From positions 25,546,001-25,610,000 of the forward strand of contig NC_086118.1 of NCBI RefSeq assembly GCF_963921235.1: a stretch of 64,000 nucleotides of DNA, in the 5' to 3' direction. Source of the DNA: Mobula hypostoma. Lineage: Eukaryota. Position numbers and translations under genes: made by a program. Numbering within the stretch: the first letter of the stretch is position 1; every line of letters begins with the position of its first letter. A model generated the notes under the pieces. That model was not told where the DNA came from, searched no databases, and saw only the letters and a list, made by a program, of their open reading frames with translations. Positions 12,125 through 24,097 of the stretch are shown in pieces.

Positions 12125-12174
12125 CTGTAGTCAATGGGCAGAAACATAGCACACGAAAATAAAAATGTTAGTGA
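12125..12174 (-). promoter_or_regulatory. 3' splice-site region of the 21-nt microexon: TCACTAAC branch point, U-rich tract, two UGC motifs
   Basis: Minus strand TCACTAACATTTTTATTTTCGTGTGCTATGTTTCTGCCCATTGACTACAG. Confidence 0.7.
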
Positions 12175-12334
12175 CATGACAACAAGTTTACTTAAACCAC
12201 TTTAGATCCATACCATCGACAGGTACCACAAAATTACACAATATTCATGGAACTTAAATTAAAAAAGCTACAACTTACAAATTCTGTCAAAGATTTTTAT
12301 CTGTAGCAAAGCAACCCAAAAATCCATCTTATAA

Positions 12335-12952
12335 TTTAGCATCATTTCAAGGATAAGAATATAAAAGGATGTAATGGTATGGTTTTTTAAGGCATCGGTA
12401 AGAACATTCTTGGAGTATTACAGCAGTTTTGGACACCTTATCCAAGGAAAGATGTGTTGGTGTCAGAAAGGGTCCAGAGGTGATTTACGAAAATTAGTCT
12501 AGGAATGAAACGGTTAACATATAAAGACCCTTTCATGGCCCTGGGCCTGTACTCATTGGAGTTTTGGGGGGTGGGGGGGTGGGGGGAGAAAGAGAGGGAT
12601 CTCATTGAAACCTATTGAATACTGAAAGGCCTAGAGAGTGGACTTGGAGAGGATGGTTCCTGGAGTGGCCAAGTCTAGGACCAGAGGTCACAACCTCAAA
12701 ATAGAGGGACGTCCCTTTAGAACAAAAATGAGAAATTTCTTCAGCCAGATGGTGTTGAATCTGTGGAATTCATTACCTCAGATGGTGGTGCAGGTCAAAT
12801 CATTGGGTATATTTAAAGTGGAGGCTCAAATAGTTGTTAGTCAGGGCATCAAATGTTATCAGGAGAAAGGAATCATAAATCAACCATGACAGAATGGCAG
12901 CAGACTTGATAGGCCAAATGGCCTAATTCTGCTCCTATGTCTTATGGTCTTA
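12335..12952 (+). mobile_element. CR1 LINE 3' fragment between the two loop-1 microexons
   Basis: SRTRGHNLKIEGRPFRTKMRNFFSQMVLNLWNSLP; tail TATGTCTTATGGTCTT. Confidence 0.9.
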
Positions 12953-14515
12953 TCAGCCCCAAGTAAATCAGTTAACCTAATAATTGGAATTTCAAAAGGG
13001 TTAAACAACCTGTGAACCAAATGCATTTAAACCTTAAAATTATCCTTTTTCAATAAAACACATTTAACATTAACCAAAATGTCACACCCATGAAAACAGT
13101 GATTAGGTTCATTTACAAGTTTCTCTTTTGCTTCCCTACTCTCACTTCCTCACCTTTCCTAGTTCTTAACCCCATGCACTTTAGTGGATGAAAACATTTA
13201 TCACATCTAAATAGGCCTGATGTACTTGTACAGTACCTGAGTGGTTACATTTCCAGATTCATTAACTTGATCATTTATATCAAGTGTTTAAAACAAGTGC
13301 CCCAATTATGGATTGCCCAAAAGGAGAATGAAAATCAAGCACCTTGAGATGGAAACTCATGAATTTTCTTGGCAGTTATGGAAAACAGGGATGAAGTAAT
13401 TACAGTGCCTGGGCTAGAACAGGACAAATCTTAAGGTTATAGGACTACAGAAGTGACTGGAGAGGAAAAGGCCATTCGAGACATTTCAAACACTGAGGAG
13501 AAAACTTTAAAGTTATTGGTGAACTGGGAATTAACGAAGCCATTAAGGCTCAAGGGCATTCGATAAAAGGGACTCTAGTCTTGGAAGTGGGCAAAAACTT
13601 TGAATAAGCTTGAGCATAAGGTCGAAAGGTGATAGATAATGGCAAACCAGCCTGAACAGCAATGGAATAATCAAGACTGAAAATGTAGTTAAAGTTTTAG
13701 CTAAAGATAAATTTTAAATTGTCTGTTGCAAACAGGAGCAATTCTACGAAGTGAATAAACCAGACTTAAAATACCCCAATTTAGAAACTGTGAAATATAA
13801 TAAATCAATTTTATACTGTTTTGCAGAAATGGAAATGCCACACAAATTATTTTAACACTATTGCCAATTGTGGCTGGTGAGACTCCTCTTTTGGCCAAGA
13901 ACCTTGAGGGGGGGAAAGAATTAACATTTTACTACCGTGTTTTTTTGGCGTATAAGTAAAATTGCTTTTCAGCTGAACAACAGGCAAAATTCCAATAAGA
14001 TGTTCAGATTTCCAGAGACAAATAGGATTTCAAAAAAAGTCAGACTCAACACCGAGGAAGACAATACAGTCGAGGGTGATTTCACGTATACAAGCCAGAC
14101 AACAACTTCCCCTCAAGGCAGCATTCTTTTTTGAAAAGATCATCCTTTCATACAAACCATTTGTGTTCCAAAATCTAGTAGTATGCCACAAAGTCATCTT
14201 TCTTATACTGACAAAAACTTTTCACCAACAAATTATGCCATTTTGTCTGAAATGTCATACAAATTCAAGCAAAGCAGCTTCAGTCAATTCAAAAGAATTT
14301 TCTGATCGCAAATATCCTCAAAAATGCTTCAGTTGATATAGAAATTAAACATTTGATGTTCAATCTGCATTGTAGCACTGAAGAGCTGTTCAAAACAGTT
14401 ACAAAACTGCTACAACTGAATTACCTTGCAAATCAGTTCAAATTTAAGATGACAAATACTGTTTTGTGAAAAGTTGTCTATCAACTGCAAGAGTTCTCAA
14501 AGTACAAAGGAAAGA

Positions 14516-14521
14516 CATGCA
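14516..14521 (-). promoter_or_regulatory. UGCAUG (Rbfox-type) element about 90 nt downstream of the 30-nt exon; further copies at 13173-13178, 11919-11924 and 11200-11205
   Basis: CATGCA on the plus strand. Downstream UGCAUG elements are the known activators of the mammalian N30 exon. Confidence 0.55.
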
Positions 14522-14610
14522 AAGATGATTCAGAATAACAGCTATAATCAAACAGGAGAAAGCTGTCAATTAGCTGCAAGTAGTTAAACTGAACAGCATT
14601 CAACACTTGC

Positions 14611-14640
14611 CTGATGTTTCACTGGTTTAGGCGATTCGAG
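14611..14640 (-). CDS. MYH10: MYH10 loop-1 alternative microexon (B1/N30 homologue, 30 nt): LESPKPVKHQ
   Basis: GAGAAGCAG|CTCGAATCGCCTAAACCAGTGAAACATCAG|GCAAGT. Peptide matches the known B1 insert xESPKPVKHQ, sits at the expected position, and is phase 0-0. The donor is GC-type. Confidence 0.92.
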
Positions 14641-15300
14641 CTGCTTCTCACAAACAAATTAAATAGTATTAGGAAATATGCACAAATTTCAAATATGCAT
14701 TAACTTCAAAACAGGTGGGAAAACATCTAACTTCTTTAGAGCAAGCACTTTAAGGTAGCGCAAGACAGCCGATTTGGCTCAAGGAATTAAAAATCTTGAC
14801 CCAATTTACAAAATGTTTGCCACTATGAAATGATTTGTATTACCTTGAGAGTTTTATTTTGGATTGGTATCTCATAAAATAGCTGTGGAGAAAACTTACT
14901 CTTTTACACAGATAAATAATTATGCCAGTTTGAAAATAAAGTGTATATGGAATTAGGAAAAACTTTTGTTTGTTACTCTTGGAGTTGAGCACAACTTGTT
15001 TCCATTGGTTTTGTGACTTCTGAGATAGCTAATGAATTCATTCTGGAAGATGCAGATGGGGCAAGAACAGCAATTTTAAAACATCTGCTCCATTTTCAGA
15101 ACATATTTTGAAATGTATTGAAGCAAATATGGGGGGGGGGGGGTGAGGAAAGAGCGGCTTTCCACTATGCTAACTATATTCAAAATAGAATGGCAATATT
15201 GCAAGCACTCCAAAGGTGTTAACAATTGCAACCATAAATTGGTTTACATAATCTGATATTTTAGCAGACTGTGGTATACAAAGCAAAAACTAAACTTATT

Positions 15301-15440
15301 TACAGTGGATTCCAGTTAATCGATACACATTGGGACCAATACATTTTGGCCCAATTAAGTGGCTGCCCCAGTTTGCTGAAGTTTCATGGAAATAGTTAAA
15401 AGGAATTTAAAAAAAAAAGACAAACTGAATAACAAATTAT
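15301..15440. mobile_element. Possible Tigger/pogo-like MITE fragment
   Basis: TA followed by CAGTGGATTCCAGTTAATCGATACAC, then GGCCCAATTAAGTGGCTGCCCCA. Only one terminus is visible. Confidence 0.4.
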
Positions 15441-15903
15441 CAGTCTCTCCCTCTCGTGACAGTTCAGATCACAGTCAGGATTTTGCACTCAAATTGCCAG
15501 AAGAGGACAAACTCCAAACATCAACTTGGAGCAACAACTAATACTGTTTCATGGTTTTAAATAGCCTTCTCCAGATTTGTAAATCATTTCATAGTTGCCA
15601 TCACATTTTCTGGGAAAAATAATTTTGCAAATTTCAGGAGGCAAAATTTGAATAGCACTTTAAAATGCAGATCTCATTAGTATTTCATCATATAATACAA
15701 GTACCATCTTAAAGCTGTAAACAAGCAATTAATCTATGTGCCTCATTGTGAACACCAATGAGCCCGCAACACAATCTTGTCAGTTAAATTATTCAATCAT
15801 AAGCCAAAGCAGAATTAATATATCAGCATCAGAAAATATTGTAGCCAGCATACCTGCCCAAATACCTGAGGTTAAATGTCAAACGAGCTTTATGGAAAAT
15901 TTA

Positions 15904-16059
<156 letters not shown>

Positions 16060-18011
16060 TCAAGATCATATTAAACACCCTAGGTTTTTGTGACATGTTC
16101 TTCCTGCATGCCAAAAGAAAGCTCAGCTATGATTACCAACTGAGAGAAATTGGCAGAAGTCACTCCCTCATTCTTGAACCTTAATTGCAGTTGGCATTGC
16201 AATGCTGACACTCAGCATCATCTGTAGACAATGTAGTCACACAGGAAGACTGATCATGGAATAACTAGAGCAGGTAATTCATTACAAGATTGACTTGAGT
16301 CAATTTGCAATATGCATGACTGAACATCAGATGACATTCTTTTCATGGAGGTCATGTTTCCCTCCACTTTAAAAGCAGCAAGTTTCCTGTTGATATCTAG
16401 ATAGGAACCTGTAATCAATCCTGAATTAGTTTGCAAAAATGTGTGGTATCCATTTTTGTCGGCAACCAAAGCCACAACTGGTATTTCTATTCTCTGAAGA
16501 GCTGTTTCAGCCTCATTTCCTTGTAAGGCAAAAACATTTAAAACCCTTTCCCCAAAATCTAAACCAAGGCCATTTACCTAACGCAGTCTTTGGTAGGACA
16601 CAACCTTATGTGCACTTAAGTTAACCTCAAAAGGAAAAAGATGCACACCTTTATATTCTGTGCAACCCAGATGAATTCTGAACATTGGGTTAGTGTGCAA
16701 TGGATGCTCAAAATTGGAACAAAAAATTTTTGCAACTTCAGTAAGTTTTACATGCAGGCGTGTCAGCATAAATGAAGTAACGAACATTTACACAAGAACA
16801 CGACATTTATACAACTACTTTGAAAGACAGCAACTACAGATTTCCAAAAAAACGGTAAGATTAATGTTACAAAATAGCCCAAGCACAGCACAGGGTGCAG
16901 TCATTATCAGCTCTATAGACCCAGAGACAATCCTGCCATTGAGTGACATTTATATCAACTTTGCACAATTTCCGTGATCTGTTGTCAACCACCCCCTCCA
17001 AGGTAGCAATCTATTATTGGCTACTTGGAATTTCCCTTGGGAGAAAGGAGGACAGCAGGGGAATCAATGAGGAATGTTATTGAGGATGGGAGAGAAAATG
17101 TAATTTGTGTAGGTGTTGTGTTAAAGACTGTTAATTTGCTGTATGAACCCATGAGAAATCAGATAAAAAACCACTGTATTGTACAAAAAGCTGAGCTTCT
17201 AATATAAGCCACTAATGTTGTGGTTGCAGTTGGGAGACTGTCATCATAAAATTGAAGTTTGAGAGAACACAAGATAAATGCTGAAATCCAGAGGGGATTA
17301 ATTAGCTCATCCATAGAGCAAACAGCATTACACCTCTTAAATTTGAATACCAATTTCAGATTATAAACCACTCCTGCTGCAAAATAACCTTGTTGCATAA
17401 TGAGGGTGTTTTAAAAACAGACCTCTTAGGACCTAGAGAACAATCGTATGGTGTTTTTCTTTCAAAACTCCTTTCAAAATCAAATCAAATTCTACCGAAT
17501 CCTTTCATAGGCTTGAGGTTAGTCAGCTCAATCTTAATTAAGAATACTTTGCATCTCGTTTGCTGCACATTCTTCAATGCAATTAGCTGCTCAGTCTGAT
17601 AACAGCATTTGCAGGATGTAGGAGATCAGGAAAAAAAAAGGAAATCCCTGCCAAAGAGATCACTTGATCAACAGAGCAGTTTCCTTCCAGATCAGTGACA
17701 AGCACTGGAACTTAACCACAGACTAAAACCCAGACAGCTCAGTAAGAAAAAATGGAAAGATGTCTACCGCTACACTGCTGACGCAAGTTCAAATTCAAGT
17801 TCAATTTCAAAAGTCATTCAACCATATGTGAGTACCCATGAATACAGCCAAACTGAACAGCACGACTCCAGAGCCAAAACACAGTACCACAGTCATGCAC
17901 AGTGCACAGCTCATATAGCACAAGACAGTAAGCACACATCAGATACCAGTAAAATATAATCACAAAAATAGTCCAAGATCCAAAAAAGGAAAATAACCCT
18001 TATTTGTTTAT

Positions 18012-18351
18012 GCAAACACGAGGAATTCTGCAGATGCTGGAAATTCAAGCAACACACACAAAGTTGCTGGTGAACACAGCAGGCCAGGCAGCATCTCTAG
18101 GAAGAGGTGCAGTCGACGTTTCGGGCCAAGACCCTTCGTCAGGACTAACTGAAGGAAGAGCTAGTAAGAGATTTGAAAGTGGGAGGGGGATATCCAAAAT
18201 GAATGGCATCCTCCCCTCCCACTTTCAAATCGCTTACTAACTCTTCCTTCAGTTAGTCCTGATGAAGGGTCTTGGCCCGAAATGCCGACTGTACCTCTTC
18301 CTAGAGATGCTGCCGGGCCCGCTGCATTCACCAGCAACTTTGATGCGTGTT
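18012..18351. mobile_element. Fold-back (inverted) Penelope-terminus insertion, arms about 140 bp
   Basis: About 18050-18190 is the reverse complement of about 18207-18351 (several mismatches). Flanks CCTTATTTGTTTA (17998-18010) and CCTTATATTTGTTTA (18352-18366). Confidence 0.9.
18110..18147 (-). ncRNA. Minimal hammerhead ribozyme motif, intact core, sense to the MYH10 pre-mRNA
   Basis: Minus strand TAGTC-CTGACGA-A-GGG(TCTTGG)CCC-GAAAC-GTC-GACTG. Confidence 0.68.
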
Positions 18352-20790
18352 CCTTATATTTGTTTAGTAGCTTAAACATCTTTAGTACAAATATTTCACA
18401 TCACAATCAAATTACAGATTTGCAAATAACAAATTAGCTTTAATTTTGATACCAAATTATTATGACCGAGGTCAAACCGGTACATGGAAAAAATAAATGC
18501 CTTCATAGATTCTGCTTGACCAGGAAATTTAGCAATGAGTTAATGTTTCAGGTTAGTGACCTTTCACAAGTACAGAACAAAGATAGAAATCGAACAGGTT
18601 TTAAATTGCAAAGGAGGAAATAATAGAAATGTCTTGATTAGTATGGAAATAAGACGCGATCAACTAACTAGTTGTTTTGGTGCCACATGAGAAATGTGGA
18701 GGGGGACTGGGGTGAAGGTTTACTGGCTGTAGGCGACTTGTGTGCAAGAGATACAAACTTGAGCAAAAAAAAACACACAGCAGATTCTGGAAACCAGAAA
18801 GAATGCTGGAAATATTCAAATATTTAACTGTTTGTAGAGAAACAAAACTTGTATAATGCTGGCGACCTGCAGAATCAGCCTGGTCTGTTGGCAGGCTATC
18901 AACACAATGCATCTCTTCACATATGCACATGTGCTTTTATTCATTTTACTTTTTCAATACAAGTAACAACAGCTAATGAAACAAACCAACTGAAATCTGG
19001 AAATAAAAACGTCATAGGATCGTTTTTTTGGGGGAATTTTTCATCTGCCTTCAGTTCTACCAACCTGTATCAGAGGAAAATATTAATATTCACTGGTCTA
19101 ATTTATTTTTGTGTTAAAGTTTAGCTGCATTATAGTATTGCATTTGAAGACAAAATTTTCTCCCAGGTAATCATACCTGCAAGGGAATAATTTAACTGTG
19201 AACTAGACACCAAATGGTCACAACAGAGTACCTCCCAACTATAATCCAAAAGGTTTTATACCACTAAATTTTTGACTTCCTTGGGGCTCAGGTTGCAAGA
19301 GACGTTGCCAGAGCAGTAGCCCGAAATTACATTTAAAATGGTTAAACCAAATTCAAAATGACAACAGACTGATGATTGATCACCATGCCAGGACTGCTTT
19401 CTTCTATAATTTTGTGCATTAAATACAAAAACTGCCTTTTCCAACCAATGCAAGCCAGCGATAGAATATTCTTTTTAGGTTCTGATGAAGACAGTAACTC
19501 CACTCTCTTGAACTTGATGTTGAAAGCTTAGGACTAATTATAATGTATTTTAAAAATTGTCTGAAGCACATATTAAAGGGCATGTTTATGACATTTAAAG
19601 CATAGGCAAAATATAACTGTCTTCATAAAATCCTCCAAATTTCCTGGTGAAATAACTTCAGTGACTTCTCCCAAGCCAACATTCCTGATATTTGGGCCCC
19701 AGCTATACTGTAAAGATATCACTCAGAAGCTAAAACATTAGACTTCCAAAAGACACTATTCAGAGCTCTAAATGGAAATTTGTTCTGTCCATAATTTTGT
19801 AGCAAAAGCAAGCTGTTAACCAAAGATCATTTACCCAAAAGGCAGCAGAACACTTTGCACCTCTTCAATCATACCTTAAATGGCAATTCTTATAGCATTT
19901 TGAAAAACATTAAATGCTGATAACCCCAAATTTAATTATCCATATTTATTCATCATCATAGTTCAATACTGTCTTCCACCTGTCACCATCAACCCCCCAA
20001 AATAGGCATTAATTACTAACTCATCATATGACCTTTGAAGTGGTAGGGGAATGAGCTGCATTTTTTTTTTAAATCTAGGGCACCTAGGACTTAGCAATTC
20101 TGAGCAATTCTGCTTTAGCAATGTGGAATAGAGAGAAGGTGACTAAGCCTTCAAGTATAGCATGCTAAGGGAGATAAACCAGAATAAATGCCCATGTGCT
20201 GGCTGAGGTCTTATCAATCAGAAGTAGGCTTCACAGGGACAGCAGGGGCTTGCTTCTACACAACTGAAGATTTTGTGGGCCAGTTGTTCACAAATGAAAA
20301 CCCTGCCAATGTTCAGGACCATGCCTGTGGGCCTCTTGCATAATATATGGTGGATCCTGCAACGAAGATCACAAACTTAAATCTGGACACTTCCCTGTTC
20401 ATTGGAAAACAATGCAAACGTAATTGTCCAAAGGCAGAAAAAGGGAGCACTAAATCATTCAATTTTTAGGCATTCCTATTACCTAAAGAGTGGTGATTTG
20501 AGAATAGAGTTCACACAATAATTAGATTCAAGTGCTTAAGCTTGCAGATACCTCACTGGTGAAAATTAGAGCAGTTCTGTCATCAAATTTTACATTTGGG
20601 GTTGGTAAAGCAAATAAAGGAATATGTTAAAAGATATTTGCAAGTATATAATCGCTGGTTAAACTCCATGCACATTTTAAAATGTTTAAATTTAAATTTT
20701 AATTTGACTGCTATTTCATAGCATTTGGCCACTACCAAGTTAAAAGCCAACACAACAAACAATTTTATAATATTCAAAATATGTGCTTAC

Positions 20791-20818
20791 GTGCAAAGAA
20801 TCGATTGATCTTCACGAT
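20791..20818 (-). CDS. MYH10: MYH10 28-nt exon: (G)AT CGT GAA GAT CAA TCG ATT CTT TGC AC = DREDQSILCT
   Basis: Minus strand reads TACTAAC...TTTTTTTCTCTTCCAG|ATCGTGAAGATCAATCGATTCTTTGCAC|GTAAGC. Phase 1 in and phase 2 out match both neighbouring exons. Confidence 0.96.
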
Positions 20819-20841
20819 CTGGAAGAGAAAAAAAGTTGAAA

Positions 20842-20848
20842 GTTAGTA
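20842..20848 (-). promoter_or_regulatory. Perfect TACTAAC branch-point motif upstream of the 28-nt exon
   Basis: Plus-strand GTTAGTA, 24-30 nt upstream of the exon, followed by a polypyrimidine tract and CAG. Confidence 0.75.
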
Positions 20849-21029
20849 ATGATTTACATTATGATTACATTGAAACATTCTCTTTCAGTCTTGGGTACAT
20901 CAAGTGTAATACAAGTAACAATGCAAATTCTCGACACATCAGATGAGGGACAAACCAAACAGAATTGGTTATATTCTTTGAAACATTTCCATTATTTAAT
21001 TGATGATCAAAAAAAGGAATGCTATGCTT

Positions 21030-22286
21030 TACCTCTCCTTTCTCAATCTCTCCATCTCTGGAGACAGCTTGTCCACTAAAGTCTATTATAAACCCACTGA
21101 CTCTCATGGCTACCTGGACTATACCTCTCCCAACCCTGTCACCTGCAAAAATGCCATTCCACTCTCTCAATTCCTCCATCTCCAAATCTACTCTCAGGAT
21201 GAGGCTTTCCATTCCAGAAGGAAGGAGATGTCCTCCTCCTTCAAAGAAAGGGACTTCCCTCCCTCTACCACCACTGCCCTTAACTGCATCTCTTCCACCT
21301 CACACACATGCGTGCCCTCACCCCATCCTCCAACAACCCCACCAGGGATAGGGTTCCTCTTGTCCTCACCTACCACATCACCAGCGTCTGTGTCCAGCAC
21401 ATAATTTTCCATAACTTCCGCCACCTCTAACGGGATTCCACCAAGCATACATTTCTCTCTCTCCCCCCCCCCCCCATTTTCTGCTTCCACTGGGATTGCT
21501 CCCCGAACAACACCCTTGTCCATTCGTCCCTCCATCCCTCCCATCTTCCTCCTGGCACTTATCCTTGCAAGTGGAACAAATGCCACATCTGCCGCTATAC
21601 CACCTCCCTCACTACCATTTAGGGCGCCAAACAGTCCTTCCAGGTGAGGTGACACTTCACCTGTGAGTCTGTTGGGGTTATCTACTGTATCAGGTGCTCC
21701 TGGTGTGACCCAACGTAGACTGGGCGATGGCTTCGTCGAGCATCTACAGAGAAAAAGCTGAATCTGCCAGTGGCCACCCATTTTAATTCAACTTCCTATT
21801 CCGACATGTCCATCCATGGCCTCCTCTATTGTCACAATGAGGCCACACTCAGGTTAGAGGAACAACACCTTATATTCCCTATGGGTAGCCTCCAACCTGA
21901 TGGCATGAACATTGATTTCTCGTACTTCCAGTAATGGCACAACCCCCCCCACCTTCACTAATCTCCCCCTCACCTTTTCTCATCTGCCCATCACCTCCTT
22001 CCGGTGCTCCTCCCCCTTTTCCTTCTTCCTTGGCCTTCTGACCTCTAATAGATTCCCCCTTCTCCAGTCCTGTATCTCTTTCACCAATTAACTTCCCAAC
22101 TCTACTTCACCCCTCCCCCTCCCAGTTTCACCTATCATCTTGTGTTTCTCCCTCCCTTCACCTTCCAACTGACTCATCTCTTTTTCTCCAGTCCTGCTGA
22201 AGGGTCTCGGCCCGAAACGTCGACTGTACTCTTTTCCATAGATGCTGACAGGCCTGCTGAGTTCCTCCAGCATTTTGTGCCTTGCT
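21030..22286 (+). mobile_element. Penelope-like element, 5'-truncated (RT C-terminus, GIY-YIG remnant, terminus with hammerhead variant)
   Basis: SFLNLSISGDSLSTKVYYKPTDSHGYLDYTS..CKNAIPLSQFL..QDEAFHSRRKEMSS; HFTCESVGVIYCIRCS. Terminus CAGTC-CTGCTGA-AGGGTCTCGGCCC-GAAACGTC-GACTG at 22189-22226. Confidence 0.92.
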
Positions 22287-24097
22287 AGGCTTTATATTTT
22301 ATTTAAGCAGAAAAGTCAATTGCCATTCCAGTCTTGAGATATGTGACATCAAATGAAAGTCAAAAAATCGTAAATGCTGGAAATCTCAATTAACTGTATT
22401 ACACATAGGTCAAGCAGCACCTGAGGGGGTAAAAGGGGGATTTCAATATGAAATGCTGATTCAATATTTCCTTCCACATCAACTGCACAACCGACTCTGC
22501 CTTCCCTGTCTTTTGTTTTTATTTGTCAATTTGCTATTTTAGAACATTCTGAATATTCTCAGGGTTCAAAAGATGACTATTTAGCCACATTGCCATGACA
22601 CAAGTGACATAAATCAAGCAGTTTGCATTTTGAAATGGGACACACTGAGTGAGATTCAATTGTGGGGAGCATTAAACAGACACTGGTTTGTGTTATTTGT
22701 GTTTCTGGTCTATCCATATCCTCGCCCCATTCATGAACTCTAACCACAGCAAGGATGAGGTACAACCAGATGATACAATGAGCAGCATCATCCCAAGGCC
22801 CTAAACTAGAATTGCTGGGGGGTTGAGTACCAAATTGAAGAGACTGAGGAAGAGGTGGTTGGCTCACAAATAGAGAAAGCTGGGAGACAGTGTGAGAGGG
22901 AGGATAGGCAGGTGATAGAGAAGGAAGCACTCAGACTGATGGTTTGAGATGTGTCTATTTTAATGCAAGGAGTATTATGAACAAAGTGGATGAGCTTAGA
23001 GCGTGGATCAGTGCTTAGAGCTACAATGTTGTGGCCAGTACAGAGACTTGGATGGCTCAGGGGCAGGAATGGTTACTTCGAGTGCAAGGCTTTAGATGTT
23101 TCAGAAAGGACAAGGAGGGAGGCAAAAGAGGTGGGGGCGTGGCACTGCTGATCAGAGATGGTGTCACTGCTGCAGAAAAGGAGGAAGTCATGGATGGATT
23201 GTCTACAGAGTCTCTTTGGGTGGAAGTTAGGTACAGGAAAGGCTCAATAACTACTGGGTGTTTATTATAGACCACCCAATAGTAATATGGACATCGAGCA
23301 AATAGGGAGACAAATTCTGGAAAGGTGTAATAATAACAGGGTTGTTGTGGTGGGAGATCTTGATTTCCCAAATACAGATTAGCATCTCCCTAGAACAAGG
23401 GGTTTAGATGGGGTGGAGTTTGTTAGGTGTGTTCAGGAAGATTCCTTGACACAATATGAAGATAAGCCTACAAGAGGAGAGGCTGTACTTGATCTGGTAT
23501 TGGGAAATGAACCTGGTCAGGAGTCAAATCTCTCAGTGGGAGAGCATTTTGGAGATGGTGATTACAATTCTATCTCCTTTACCATAGCATTGGAGAGGGA
23601 TAGGAACAGACAAGTTAGTAAAGTGTTTAATTGAAGGGGAATTATGAGGCTATCAGGCAGGAACTCGGAAGTATAAATTGGGAACAGATGTTCTCAGGGA
23701 AATGTATGAAAGAAATGTGGCAAATGTTCAGGGGATATTTGTGTGGAGTTCTGCATAGGTACATTCCAATGAAACAGGGAAAGGATGGTAGGGTACAGGA
23801 ACCATGGTGTACAAAGGCTGTTGTAAATCTAGTCACGAAGAAATGCTTACAAATTCTTAAAAGAACTAGGCAATGTTAGAGAGCTAGAAGATTAAGGCTA
23901 GCGGGAAGGAGCTTAAGAATGAAATTAGGAGAGACAGAAGGGGCCATGAGAAAGCCTTGGTGGAGAGGATTAAGGAAAACCCCCCAATACATTCTACAAG
24001 AATGTGAAGAGCAAGAGGATGAGACATGAGAAGATGGGCCCAATCAAGTGCGACAGTGGAAAAGTGTGTATGGAACCGGAAGTGGTAGCAGAGGTAC

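Noticed and set aside
21194..21781. 195-aa minus-strand ORF
   Set aside because: Antisense of the Penelope RT/GIY-YIG region.
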